DNA of 64,000 bases from an uncultured Acidobacteriota bacterium (GCA_963702375.1 CAVPCI010000005.1:134858-198857); one strand, 5' to 3'; counted from the first letter of the stretch, positions 31,123 to 41,343 are shown. Notes: generated by a model from the letters alone, not told the origin. Numbers and translations: made by a program.

Positions 31123-32148
31123 TCAGGGACCCGATTTGGAGTTTCGCGGAGAAATTTTGGCTGGACCGAGCCAGGCCGCCGAAAACCGCTTTGCTTTCAG
31201 AGTCAGCCAGTTGCCCTGCATAATCGAGCGGAGGTCCCTGTCGGGAAGGATTTTTCTTTTCCGAAGCGTCTTACGCTTGCGGAGGAGCGATGGGAGGCGG
31301 CGAATAACTTCGAACTTTGCTTTAAGAAACGCTCCCCCGACGCCCATCTTTAGAAAATAAATAGCCCCCCCGACCTCATACAGAATTTTTTGAGGTAGGG
31401 AACGCAACATCAAGCCGAGCGGCATGTTCTTCAGATAGACAAATTCGATATTTCGTTGAGAGAAGAAAACCTGATCCGCGGGATATTTCCCTCTCGTTGC
31501 GCTGAAGCGGTGATAGACAATGGCATGCGGTACGAAGACACATGTGTAACCCTGAAGACAGGCGCGAAAGCTGAAGTCGACGTCCTCGTAGCCCAAAAAA
31601 AAATCGGGGTCCAGGAAACCGATGCGCTCAATCATGGCTCGACGATACGCGGCGGCTCCTCCACAAGCGCCAAAGACGGCGCGAGGGGTTGCCCACGCGG
31701 GTCCGTCCAATTCATTGCGGCCGAGATCCACTGTCATTCCCGCAGACGTGACCCCGAACCCGCAGTTCTCGATTCGCTGCCGATCATCGAAATACAGCAT
31801 CTTGCTGGCGAAGCTTCCTGCCTTGGGGAAGTCCCGGGCGGATTCATGAATTTGTTCCAGCCAATTCGCGTCTGCCTCGGTGTCATTATTTAAAAGGACG
31901 ATGATCTCGCCGCATGACTGTTCAAATCCGGCTATGTTCCCTCCCGCGAAGCCTCGATTTTCGCCCAACGGAATCACCTTCACCTCGGGAAACTGAGCGC
32001 GCACATAGTCCGTAGACTTGTCCCGTGAACCGTTATCTACCAGAATGGTTTCAAAGCTACGAAACGTCTGTCGGCGAAGAGAATCGAGGCAAGTGTCCAA
32101 GAAATGCCTGCCGTTCCAGTTCACGATGATGACGCTCATTTCCGGCAT
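31123..32148 (-). CDS. glycosyltransferase family 2
   Basis: 341 aa with MSVIIVNWNGRHFLDTCLDSL...ILVDNGSRD...LNNDT. Confidence 0.85.
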   Translation of the reverse strand: MPEMSVIIVNWNGRHFLDTCLDSLRRQTFRSFETILVDNGSRDKSTDYVRAQFPEVKVIPLGENRGFAGGNIAGFEQSCGEIIVLLNNDTEADANWLEQIHESARDFPKAGSFASKMLYFDDRQRIENCGFGVTSAGMTVDLGRNELDGPAWATPRAVFGACGGAAAYRRAMIERIGFLDPDFFLGYEDVDFSFRACLQGYTCVFVPHAIVYHRFSATRGKYPADQVFFSQRNIEFVYLKNMPLGLMLRSLPQKILYEVGGAIYFLKMGVGGAFLKAKFEVIRRLPSLLRKRKTLRKRKILPDRDLRSIMQGNWLTLKAKRFSAAWLGPAKISPRNSKSGP

Positions 32149-32176
32149 GGTGGACCGCTTCGGCCCGACGCATTCA

Positions 32177-33544
32177 TCAGCGACTCAGGGCAGGAATATT
32201 CAACCTGCCGGTCTCATCCGATGTGCTGTCTTCGGGCCCCAAAAGATATTTACTGAAGCCTTTCAAGAAAATGATCTGGGCAATGATCGGCAGGTACAAC
32301 CATAAGTTCACAAAGAAAGAAAAGAGCGCACAGAAAAACAGGACCGCATATTTTGTAATTGCATAGAACGATCTCCCTTCGTTGGCTTCCCGATAGGACC
32401 ACCCGCTCCACCAAACAACTACCCCAGTGAACAGCACACAGCCCAAGAATCCTACGTCAGCATAAATCGGCGCGACAAAGGATAGGACATTGAAAGCTTC
32501 CACCTCCGGCAGGTCATCGTAATATGAGATCTTAGGCCGGAACGTGGAGGGCACCAAGCCCAGGACCGAGGAGCCGTTATAAACAGGCACCTGAGGATTC
32601 GATACGAGGTTATCAAGGTTCAGGACATTGAAGTAGCCATACGCGTATACCCACACCGCGGCATCGGGCAGATTCTTATACTCGTCCGTGACGCCCGCGA
32701 TCGTTTTGATATCACCGCTCCTCAGATTGCCTACCACTCCGAAGAGGACCAGAACAACCGCGGTCGCAATCGCGAGATTCCGCAGCCGCACGCGGCCCCG
32801 GACAAAACAATAAACTACAAAACTCTCGACGAGCATCGAAACAATGTTCTGTCGAGTGACAAAGATCACGAAGACTGTGAGGATCAAGCTCCAAATCCAT
32901 AAGTATCCATTTCTCCGGGTTTTGAGATAAAGATAAATGGAAAGAACGCCCAGCGCGTTTGCGAAAGCGTTGTAGAAACCATAGATTCCATGAATTCCAA
33001 AATCCGAATACCCAGTGTCCCCGGTCTGTATTCCCCGGATAATCGGCACATAGCCAGCCGTCGCCACGTTAAAGATCGTGAGTGCAACGTAGGAGATCAC
33101 TAACGCTCGATATCCTCTGGACTTGACGACCCAGGTTTGTTGGCTGCGCCTCCAATGCTTCTCGGAGACCGCGCTGAGGTAGTAAGCGATAACGGCGGAA
33201 ATCTCCACCGCCAAGAGAAGTGAATACGTCTTCTCGCTTACGGGCCGCGCGTACTTGCTAATTTCCAGCGTGCCAAAAAGCGTGATCCCAATCCAAGGCA
33301 GCAGGAGGGCCAGCATAGGATTTAAATAATCGAACTTCAGAACGATGACTGCAATTGGCAGCAAGAGAATGGACCAGGCCCAGAGGAGTGCACTGGATTG
33401 GACTAAACTATGAAGAAGCAGAGCTGTAACCAACAACGTAGGGACGAAAGCCCACATGGCTACAGCGGTAAAGTCTTGTAGCCGAATCGCCTGGCGCTCA
33501 TCCCTCATTCTGAGGTTCCTACAGGTCCGCGGGCAGCGGACCAA
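32177..33544 (-). CDS. Wzy-type oligosaccharide repeat-unit polymerase (polytopic membrane protein)
   Basis: 455 aa with ~10-12 hydrophobic helices and no enzymatic soluble domain. Position in a Wzx-containing locus supports the call, which is made by context and topology only. Confidence 0.55.
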   Translation of the reverse strand: MVRCPRTCRNLRMRDERQAIRLQDFTAVAMWAFVPTLLVTALLLHSLVQSSALLWAWSILLLPIAVIVLKFDYLNPMLALLLPWIGITLFGTLEISKYARPVSEKTYSLLLAVEISAVIAYYLSAVSEKHWRRSQQTWVVKSRGYRALVISYVALTIFNVATAGYVPIIRGIQTGDTGYSDFGIHGIYGFYNAFANALGVLSIYLYLKTRRNGYLWIWSLILTVFVIFVTRQNIVSMLVESFVVYCFVRGRVRLRNLAIATAVVLVLFGVVGNLRSGDIKTIAGVTDEYKNLPDAAVWVYAYGYFNVLNLDNLVSNPQVPVYNGSSVLGLVPSTFRPKISYYDDLPEVEAFNVLSFVAPIYADVGFLGCVLFTGVVVWWSGWSYREANEGRSFYAITKYAVLFFCALFSFFVNLWLYLPIIAQIIFLKGFSKYLLGPEDSTSDETGRLNIPALSR

Positions 33545-33633
33545 CCGAGTTTAACTGTCGGCATGCACGTCACCCTACGCACACTGTGCGACGCCAGTCT
33601 GCCCGTTGTCGTCGTTACGCATCTGGTCAAACT

Positions 33634-34887
33634 TTAGATCAAGGCGAAGTAAGGAAGAGGGACGATAAACCTCCCGCCATTCAGTAAGTAGTTCTTTTCG
33701 CGCTCCCGAAACTCATCGAGAAAATGCCATGGCAGCACAAGGAAATACTCCGGCTTGGCGGTCCGCGCATCTGCCTCCGAAATGATTGGGATACGGGTAC
33801 CAACCGTCACTTTGCCCCACTTATCGGTGTTGCGTTCAGATGCGGCCCCTATCAACTGATGGTCGAGGCCAAAGTACTGGAGCATCGTGTTTCCCTTTGT
33901 CGACGCACCGTAGACGAAAACCTTCTTGCCCTGGCGTACCTGGTCGCTGATGAATGTCGATACGTCACGCTTGATTCGTTCCAACCAGGCGCTAAACTCC
34001 CGATACGTGGCGCTCTCCCCTAGGCCCAGTTTTACTTCCTGTTGACGAAGCGCTTCCACTCTCTCGGCGGCCTGCGCCTGGAGCGTCTTGTCATCCCAAG
34101 GGGCGCCGCTGGCTCCGCGATTGCGAATATAAGCTCGGAGGCTGCCCCCGTTTATGTCATTGAGTTCCACATCGACAATCCCGAAATCATGGAGCGCCAG
34201 CAGATACTCCAATGACTGCAACGAATAGTATTCCAAGTGCTCATGGCAAATGTTGCCAATGTCGCGCTGCTTGAGCATCGCGGGCAGATAGCTCATTTGC
34301 ACGACCCAAAGCCCGCTCGGATCCATAATTTCCTTAATATCCGAGACGAACTTATTCGGATCTTCCAGATCATAAAACATAGCGATGGAAGTCACGATCT
34401 TGGGTCGGCGGTTCTTAAGGTCAGGGTCGCGATGGAACGCGTCCGATTCGAAGAAATCGTTGACGACCTTGTCCGCCACCTTTCGGGAGAAAACAGCCAA
34501 GTTCTCGGCCGGGTCAAAGCCGATTTTGAAAATCCCCTGAGTTTTGTAGGAAGCGAGTAAAGTTCCGTCATTGCAGCCGATGTCCAGCACCGCCTCTCCT
34601 GCCCGGAGACTCATCAGCCGCTCAGCGGTACCGGAAATATCAGCTAGAGCACTCCGCATGGTCTGATTGGTGCCCGAGCGATACCAGTAACTCTGGTACA
34701 TCATTTCTCCCGAAACGGTGTGCTTCAGCTGCAGAAGCTTACAGCGATTGCATAGTACGAGTTCCAATGGCGCCTTGGGTCCATCGGGCTGCTGAGGAGA
34801 CACGAAGTTCGAGATGTATTGCTCTCCCAGGGAGAACACGCACTCAAGCGATCCTTCGCAAACTCGGCAAGTAGTTCTGGTTATCAC
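33634..34887 (-). CDS. NDP-hexose C-methyltransferase (TylCIII type: zinc ribbon + SAM MTase + C-methyltransferase C-terminal domain)
   Basis: 417 aa with CRVCEGSL...LVLCNRCKLLQL (Cys4 ribbon), VLDIGCNDGTLL, then a C-terminal Rossmann-like part (KVFVYGASTKGNT). Confidence 0.7.
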   Translation of the reverse strand: MITRTTCRVCEGSLECVFSLGEQYISNFVSPQQPDGPKAPLELVLCNRCKLLQLKHTVSGEMMYQSYWYRSGTNQTMRSALADISGTAERLMSLRAGEAVLDIGCNDGTLLASYKTQGIFKIGFDPAENLAVFSRKVADKVVNDFFESDAFHRDPDLKNRRPKIVTSIAMFYDLEDPNKFVSDIKEIMDPSGLWVVQMSYLPAMLKQRDIGNICHEHLEYYSLQSLEYLLALHDFGIVDVELNDINGGSLRAYIRNRGASGAPWDDKTLQAQAAERVEALRQQEVKLGLGESATYREFSAWLERIKRDVSTFISDQVRQGKKVFVYGASTKGNTMLQYFGLDHQLIGAASERNTDKWGKVTVGTRIPIISEADARTAKPEYFLVLPWHFLDEFREREKNYLLNGGRFIVPLPYFALI

Positions 34888-34944
34888 GCGTTCTCCCTTT
34901 TCCTTCCTGAGAGGTCCTATGGGCCAGGTCGGCGCTGGACTCGG

Positions 34945-35928
34945 TTAGCCAACTTTTGCCTGATGCTGCCGGCTATCAAGAATCGCTTTCATGTCCGCGT
35001 CGACCATCAGTCGCACCAAATCTCGGAATGTGACCTTGGGCTTCCAGCCGAGGACGCGGTGCGCCTTTGTCGGATTACCGACCAGCACTACGCTCTCCTC
35101 CGGCCGGCAATTGGCAACGTCCTCGATCACAAACTTCCTATAGTCCAGGCCCACGTGCGCGAATGCCGCTTCGCAGAAATCGCGCACAGATTGGGTCTGC
35201 CCGGTCGCAATGACGTAGTCATCAGGCTGTGGCTGCTGCAGCATCAGCCACAAAGCCTGCACATAGTCGCCCGCGAACCCCCAGTCGCGCCGCGCATCGA
35301 GGCTGCCGAGACGAAGCTCCTTCGCCTCGCCAAGGCTTATTTTTGCCACCGTATGGCTGATCTTGCGGCTCACAAATTCGAGTCCCCGCCGGGGGCTCTC
35401 GTGATTATATAAAATGCCCGAACAGGCGAAGAGTCCCTGCTGCTCCCGGTAAACAGCGCTCATCCAATGGCCGTAGGCCTTCGCGACGCCGTATGGATTG
35501 CGGGGGTGAAAGGCTGTCGCTTCGGTCTGCGGCGCTTCCATCGTATTCCCAAACATCTCGCTGCTGGAAGCCTGGACAAATCGTATCTCGGAATCGATCT
35601 TGCGAATGCCGTCAAGTATGCGCGCCACCGTGAGTGCAGTTAGCTCTCCGGTCAACGCGGGTTGTGTCCATAATTCGCTGCTTGAGGCATACGCGGCCAA
35701 GTTGTACACCTCATCCGGCTTGTACTGGCTCAGGATATCCTCGACCAATGCTTGATTCAGCAGGTCAGTCTCAACGACTTCGAGCTCTTGGCGAATGTGG
35801 AGGATGCGGTCCTGATCCGCGTTCAAATTCGGCGTGGTACCAGCCACACGGTATCCCTTCAGTAAGAGGAACTCCGCCAAATACGACCCATCTTGGCCAT
35901 TCACTCCAGTAATTAGGGCAGTGGGCAT
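34945..35928 (-). CDS. gmd: GDP-mannose 4,6-dehydratase, short (Pseudomonas-type) form
   Basis: 327 aa with [44 protein letters not shown] and RDWGFAGDYVQALWLMLQQ. Collinear with P. aeruginosa Gmd as I remember it. Confidence 0.8.
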   Translation of the reverse strand: MPTALITGVNGQDGSYLAEFLLLKGYRVAGTTPNLNADQDRILHIRQELEVVETDLLNQALVEDILSQYKPDEVYNLAAYASSSELWTQPALTGELTALTVARILDGIRKIDSEIRFVQASSSEMFGNTMEAPQTEATAFHPRNPYGVAKAYGHWMSAVYREQQGLFACSGILYNHESPRRGLEFVSRKISHTVAKISLGEAKELRLGSLDARRDWGFAGDYVQALWLMLQQPQPDDYVIATGQTQSVRDFCEAAFAHVGLDYRKFVIEDVANCRPEESVVLVGNPTKAHRVLGWKPKVTFRDLVRLMVDADMKAILDSRQHQAKVG

Positions 35929-35977
35929 AGTGAAAGGAGAGATCCTGACTCTCGTCCTAGGGGGAAAGAAACGGCGG

Positions 35978-37051
35978 TCATTCGATTGAATCCCCAGAAT
36001 ACTTCACGGCGGGATGGCCCTCGGCTTGTGGGCGCTGCTTAGCTGATTTAAAAACATAATATCGACTATTAGATAAATCTAGAAGGCGCATACGCCGATC
36101 AGACCGCCGACAAATGATCGACCAGTAGACAATTCCTAGAAGGTTGGCAATACGACCCGGAAGGTACGCGATCCCTATGGTGATGGCGTACGTCCAGCCG
36201 GATTTCGGACGCGGCTCCAGCCACTCGCGGTACTCTTCTATCGAGTAGGTGCCTTGTGCCCTATTTTGCAAAAGGGATTTGGCCTTCCGCCACGGTTCTC
36301 TGGTACAAACTTGGAGTTTAACCGAGTCCGGGTAGCCGGTAAACGACCAGATTAGCTCCGGCCACTTGAACATCCACATTTCAAAGCATTTGCTAAACCA
36401 CATGGCATTGCCATATCGGATCGAGACCAAGGGTTTAGCAATTATGAGAGTATCGTCCGGGAGCGGACTTTGGAATATCACCCCGACATGTACAAAGAAC
36501 GAACCGAAGTACTTCTTCTTTTCCCTTGCGTCCCACAACTGACGTCGAATGATTACGCATCCGATGAAAGTCAGATAGTGCGCCACGTCCGCCAAAAGAA
36601 GGCTGCCTTCGCTTGGTCTATAGACTCGATCCTTGACTAGCGGGAGCCTTTGAGGCTGCAGCAACTTGGATAAATCCGCATTCCGCACCTCGGCGTTCGG
36701 GATAATCAGTCCGTACCCGCCCTTGATTGCATCGAGGACCGCTTGTATTGCGCCAGGTTTCAAGAGGTCATCATCGCTGAACAGCCAGCAATATTCGCTT
36801 TCCGCTAGACCAACCGCATTCGCGAAGTCGTTGTCGATGCCCATATTCGTGTCTTGCCGAAAGTAGTGCAGCCGCGGGAACGACTCCTGGTATCGACGAA
36901 CGACCTCGCCGGTGTTGTCTGTGGAAGCTCCATCCAGTACTACGATTTCGACTTGTTCAGTTGCCTGGCAAATGATGCTTTCCAGGGTGGCGCCAATGAG
37001 TCCGGCGCGGTTGCGCGTTGCTATGCAGATCGACAGCCTCGTGTTACTCAT
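35978..37051 (-). CDS. glycosyltransferase family 2
   Basis: The ATG at 37051 forms an ATGA overlap with the upstream stop. RLSICIATRNRAGLIGATLESI...VVLDGASTDNT...FSDDD. Confidence 0.8.
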   Translation of the reverse strand: MSNTRLSICIATRNRAGLIGATLESIICQATEQVEIVVLDGASTDNTGEVVRRYQESFPRLHYFRQDTNMGIDNDFANAVGLAESEYCWLFSDDDLLKPGAIQAVLDAIKGGYGLIIPNAEVRNADLSKLLQPQRLPLVKDRVYRPSEGSLLLADVAHYLTFIGCVIIRRQLWDAREKKKYFGSFFVHVGVIFQSPLPDDTLIIAKPLVSIRYGNAMWFSKCFEMWMFKWPELIWSFTGYPDSVKLQVCTREPWRKAKSLLQNRAQGTYSIEEYREWLEPRPKSGWTYAITIGIAYLPGRIANLLGIVYWSIICRRSDRRMRLLDLSNSRYYVFKSAKQRPQAEGHPAVKYSGDSIE

Positions 37052-38148
37052 CGGGTTGATAGTTTTCCGATTACGCGAGGATAAAACGCCATATGCGCGG
37101 AGGCAATCGATTCCCAATCAGAAGGCTGTACCTCAATGTTCCCATTACCCTTGCTACGAATATACGTTCGCAGCGAATCGCGCATTCCAGCGATGTCGTC
37201 GCATCTTGCGAAGTAGATGTTTCCCGCTGAATCATAACCAGCGCGCTCGCGTGTAGTTGTCAATACGAATGTCCCCTGAATTGCAGCGGCGTGGATGGAC
37301 GTATTCCATTTTCCGCCGCCATCCCGAAACGGCAATACCACTGCATCGGCGGCGGCCAATAAGCGGCCCACTTCTTCGGCGGGTAGAAATCCCGTCACCG
37401 TCACCTTGTCAGCCCAGCGCTCATCGTTTATCCGATCCAGGATCATCTTGTGGTATGCGTCCCCTGGGCTCAGGTCGCAGATTAATACAAGATGGTCCTT
37501 TAGAGGATCGGCGATCTCGAAGAGCAACTCAACACGCTTGGCCGGATACGCGAATCCAAAATAGACTACTAAATTGGCTGACGTAGGAACGTAACGCGAA
37601 CGCACGATAGCTTTCTGGTCTTCGCTTAAGCGGAGTTGTGGAATCGCAGAAGCGTTGGGTATGAATTGAAACTCTTTGTGCCTAATAAGCCATCGATACC
37701 ATGGCGACATAAAGTCTTTGTAGTTTGGTCTCACTGTAACTAGACCGCCAGCTAAAACGACGTTGAGTATGTTGCGCCTGTGTCCTTCCAGGTGATACTC
37801 GTGCCAAGTTTGGACAACCGGCACATTCACCAACCGAAACAGGCTCGGCAAAAGCCAGGGCAGAAACCTGCGCCCATATCCCTGGGTAGGGTATTGGATA
37901 TGCACGACGTCAGGACGCCAACGGCGCACGACCGTCACGATCGGGAAGACATCGAGCATTCTCCAGCCGCGAGCAATGGGAAAAACCTCGAACTCCCAGC
38001 TGCAAGGTGCTGAGGTGGCCGCTCCGTCGGTTAGAACCGCGACGGACGTGTTCGTCCACCTCGCTAACGCTCGGGCAAGATTCGCAGTATAGTCACCGAC
38101 ACCACATTTCATCGGCGGCAGCGAACCAGAAATAAACAGAATTCTCAC
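37048..38148 (-). CDS. glycosyltransferase family 4
   Basis: 366 aa with MRILFISGSLPPMKCGVGDYT and a GT-B C-terminal half. Confidence 0.8.
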   Translation of the reverse strand: MRILFISGSLPPMKCGVGDYTANLARALARWTNTSVAVLTDGAATSAPCSWEFEVFPIARGWRMLDVFPIVTVVRRWRPDVVHIQYPTQGYGRRFLPWLLPSLFRLVNVPVVQTWHEYHLEGHRRNILNVVLAGGLVTVRPNYKDFMSPWYRWLIRHKEFQFIPNASAIPQLRLSEDQKAIVRSRYVPTSANLVVYFGFAYPAKRVELLFEIADPLKDHLVLICDLSPGDAYHKMILDRINDERWADKVTVTGFLPAEEVGRLLAAADAVVLPFRDGGGKWNTSIHAAAIQGTFVLTTTRERAGYDSAGNIYFARCDDIAGMRDSLRTYIRSKGNGNIEVQPSDWESIASAHMAFYPRVIGKLSTR

Positions 38149-38175
38149 AAATATCAGTGACCAAGAAAAATCGAG

Positions 38176-38910
38176 TTATGTTTGCACCCTAGCGTTGTTA
38201 GGAGTTTTCTGGAGGGCCAGCCAGGCAAACGTATAATCCTTTTGCGCGCAATTGATGGGCCTATCTTGTCCAGCTAGGTGGACATTGCCATGGGGAGAGA
38301 GCCCATACTCCGCTGCCTCATCAAGAAATGCGCGGACCTCATGCTCAGAAAATATCCGCCAGTCCATTCCGAAAAACGTCACGCCGCGCGTATCAATCTT
38401 GTCCGGCCAATAATCAAACGAAGCAATAAAATATCCGCCCGGACGAAGTAGCCGGGAGACTTCCGCAAGGAGCAGCTTGCTGTTAAATCCATGCTCGATC
38501 ACGGAGATGGCGCTAATAGCTTGAAATGATTCGTTCTTAAAGGGCGTATGCATAAAATCTGAGACTTTGTAATGTATAGCGTCAGCGTATGCCATTTCCC
38601 TGACACGCGGATTCAGGTCAATGCCGGTTAGATTTAGGTAGCGCAGATGATGCAAGATATGCAGAAGCTCCGAAGCGAATGCGCCGATATCCAGAATCGG
38701 GTCCGTTTTTGATAGGTTCTTTTCGACGAAATCCACTGTTTTGAGGATATCCCAGCTTTTTAGCTCGTCGCCGACACTAATGGCACTCGAAAGGCGGAGC
38801 TTGCTTGCGAGACGGCGCCACCAAGGGCTAGCAAAGGATATCCTCCTCTCCCGGAGTTGATTCCGTGCCTGATCAATTTCTGCTTGTGATTGCAGTATTT
38901 CGACGCTCAT
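38176..38910 (-). CDS. class I SAM-dependent methyltransferase
   Basis: 244 aa with ILDIGAFASE (motif I-like), LTGIDL and LLRPGGYFI. Confidence 0.7.
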   Translation of the reverse strand: MSVEILQSQAEIDQARNQLRERRISFASPWWRRLASKLRLSSAISVGDELKSWDILKTVDFVEKNLSKTDPILDIGAFASELLHILHHLRYLNLTGIDLNPRVREMAYADAIHYKVSDFMHTPFKNESFQAISAISVIEHGFNSKLLLAEVSRLLRPGGYFIASFDYWPDKIDTRGVTFFGMDWRIFSEHEVRAFLDEAAEYGLSPHGNVHLAGQDRPINCAQKDYTFAWLALQKTPNNARVQT

Positions 38911-38949
38911 CGCTTTTTGCTATGGCCCGACGTTTCGACAAGGCAGGGG

Positions 38950-39816
38950 CTATGCATCCGAAGTCACGATATAGTTTATACTTCCCAACTGGGAGCGTCC
39001 TGCCTTAACCCATTGGGCTACGTCGTCCGGAAGGATCAAGCGGTTCTGCCGGTCCGCGGTCCTGACTTCGTAACCTTGATTCCAAAATAGTTCGAAGGTG
39101 GCAGCGTAATCCGGATTGACACCCGCTGGATGAAACTCGTTCAAGCAAATTTCAATCATCCAAGTGGGCCTAGGCAATCTCCTGATGGTCTTTTCCGCTC
39201 CCTTCAATACGTTGTATTCGGCCCCCTCGACATCGATCTTGATCAAAAGCTGCTTCCCGCTAAAGCGGTCACCGAGAAGGGTGTCGAGCGTTGTTACGGC
39301 AACTGTCTGCCGGGAGCGTCTGGAATACGCCGCCCAACCAGCGAGGAGTGAAGCGCTGGGGCCTGAGGCACCATACAAAATGGCAAGCCCGTAACTAGCC
39401 GCCAGGCCTAACGGATACACTTCGGTGTCCATCCAGCCGTTTAGCGACAAACTCGCATAGAGGCATTCAAGATTTCGAAGTTGGGGCTCGATTGCAATAG
39501 CATACTTGCCCTCCGAACGGGCCAAACAGGTGTACAAGCCGATGTTTGCACCGACGTCCACAAACACTTCCGCGGTGCTCAAGTTGCATCGAATGATTTC
39601 CGTTTCCTCTGCCTCGAACGTTCCCGATTGCATCGCACGGTTCGCGGCATAGTTACTCGCTACCAACTTAAACCCGAGCGGTGTAAGAACAGATCCCTTC
39701 CGCTGGGGAAAATAGGTGTTCCACCAATCCGATAGAATACCCGGGTTGAGAGACCTGCGAAGGGCCACAAGAGATGGAAAGCGCTTCAAACGACGTTTCA
39801 GGGCTCTAAGGGTCAA
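38950..39816 (-). CDS. FkbM-family methyltransferase
   Basis: FVDVGANIGLYT and IDVEGAEYNVLKGA. I prefer the in-frame TTG at 39816, which forms a TTGA overlap with the flippase stop. The track ORF extends to 40023. Confidence 0.75.
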   Translation of the reverse strand: MTLRALKRRLKRFPSLVALRRSLNPGILSDWWNTYFPQRKGSVLTPLGFKLVASNYAANRAMQSGTFEAEETEIIRCNLSTAEVFVDVGANIGLYTCLARSEGKYAIAIEPQLRNLECLYASLSLNGWMDTEVYPLGLAASYGLAILYGASGPSASLLAGWAAYSRRSRQTVAVTTLDTLLGDRFSGKQLLIKIDVEGAEYNVLKGAEKTIRRLPRPTWMIEICLNEFHPAGVNPDYAATFELFWNQGYEVRTADRQNRLILPDDVAQWVKAGRSQLGSINYIVTSDA

Positions 39817-41327
39817 GTCTTTGCTCTCAATACCTGCGTCATTACCCACGGCCGAATTAAGGGTGAAGCTAGCGCAGCAACACCCAGGGTACAAAAGAAC
39901 AGAAGCATTAACGCGCAAACTGCGGCAGGAATCGACATAGATGCGGGAGCTAGTCTCCGATAAGCAACGACGATGAGCACAACGGGCAGCAGCGGCAAGG
40001 CAATATCGCCGAACCACCGCCACGTTTCACCTTTAAGTAATCGGCGATGGGTGAGCGGAACGCCAACTGCCATGTAGGCGCCGTTTAAAATGAACCATAC
40101 AGAGGCAGCACCCACCGGTCCGTACGCTCTGGCCATAACCACGACGGCGGGAACAACAACGATGGTCATCACTATGGTGATTTTTAGACCGATACTCGTC
40201 CAGCCATAGGCCAATTGCAAGGCGTAAGGTAACATCATCAGGCCATTCAGTGCCGTTCCGATCACGAGAAAGGTTGCGATTGGCCCGCCGTGATGCGCGA
40301 CCTCGGGATTCCTGGTCCACACTCGCAGAATGTCAACGGAGAACAGTGCCAGAATGGCCCCTAGCGGTAAGATAATGACCGCCATCATTTGCGTGCAACG
40401 ATGGTAAAGGTTCCGAAGACCTTCTTCATTGCCGGCTGCCACCAGAGACGAAAAACGGGGATAGATCGTATTAAACACCGCGGCGATTATCAGGGACAAG
40501 CCCGCTCCGAGCATCCCTGCAACAGTGTAGTAGCCAAACACTCTCAAGCTAAATAGCTTACTAACGATGACCTTATCTGCTTGGGTCAGGATCAAGGCAA
40601 AGGCCGTGATGCCGCTCATCCCCGCGGCAAATCTCCAAATATTTCTGACTAATTTTACGTTGAATCGGGGAGCGCGATCTGCGGGAGGCAAGCTCTTCCA
40701 AAAAAAAACGGCCACCAGAAAAGCCTGCACCGCGCTTACGGCCGCCTGCCATAAGAAGAATGCCCGGATGGTGGGCGAGACAAGCCACAAAATCAAAACA
40801 GCCCCGCCGTAGGCGAGAGTGCTCTGCGAAATCTTGAGTGTATTGAACAGAACTTGCCGGCCCAAGCCCATCAAGCCACCTTGATAGAAACTGAGCGGCC
40901 ATTGAAAGAACGCCAGAATGCCCATGATCATTACCGCTTGCCGGACACTCCGGATCGGAAAAGTGCCAGCTTTGATCCAGTGGGTAGCTATGAAGGGTGC
41001 CGCAATGAAGACCGTTGCTCCGATTGCAATCCCCACCATCCAGTAGCCTGCTTCAAGGGTACGCACCAAGTCCCGGGCTTCGGCCGCTTTCTCTGGCTGG
41101 ACTGAGTAGCGCGCCATCTCCCGGTTTACAGTCGGGCTCAGCCCAAAATCCAGCACCTGAAAGAGGGATTGCAAGACAAGATAAAAACCAACCAAACCAA
41201 ATGCCTCAATCCCCAGAAATTTAATATAGATAGGGATACACACGATTTGCGCGAGGGCTGACCACCCCACTCCAGAAATGTTCGCAAGCAGATCCAACCT
41301 GAAGCTGGATATCGATTTGATTTTCAA
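39813..41327 (-). CDS. Wzx-type flippase (MOP superfamily), intact
   Basis: 504-aa ORF with ~12-14 hydrophobic helices and an uninterrupted frame. Confidence 0.75.
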   Translation of the reverse strand: MKIKSISSFRLDLLANISGVGWSALAQIVCIPIYIKFLGIEAFGLVGFYLVLQSLFQVLDFGLSPTVNREMARYSVQPEKAAEARDLVRTLEAGYWMVGIAIGATVFIAAPFIATHWIKAGTFPIRSVRQAVMIMGILAFFQWPLSFYQGGLMGLGRQVLFNTLKISQSTLAYGGAVLILWLVSPTIRAFFLWQAAVSAVQAFLVAVFFWKSLPPADRAPRFNVKLVRNIWRFAAGMSGITAFALILTQADKVIVSKLFSLRVFGYYTVAGMLGAGLSLIIAAVFNTIYPRFSSLVAAGNEEGLRNLYHRCTQMMAVIILPLGAILALFSVDILRVWTRNPEVAHHGGPIATFLVIGTALNGLMMLPYALQLAYGWTSIGLKITIVMTIVVVPAVVVMARAYGPVGAASVWFILNGAYMAVGVPLTHRRLLKGETWRWFGDIALPLLPVVLIVVAYRRLAPASMSIPAAVCALMLLFFCTLGVAALASPLIRPWVMTQVLRAKT

Positions 41328-41343
41328 TTGAGTTTAACGAATC

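Noticed and set aside
32177-33544. Considered whether this polytopic protein (or the broken one at 11905..13190) could be the missing exosortase
   Set aside because: The size, the number of helices and, for the broken gene, the O-antigen-ligase motifs fit Wzy-type polymerases. I could not see the conserved exosortase Cys/Arg/His-containing blocks. This cannot be settled without an HMM search.
35978-41327. Impression that this stretch of locus II is more AT-rich than the core genes at 50-64 kb, which might suggest horizontal acquisition
   Set aside because: I cannot compute GC content or codon statistics here. Lower GC is common in polysaccharide loci generally. I mention it only as something to compute, not as a finding.
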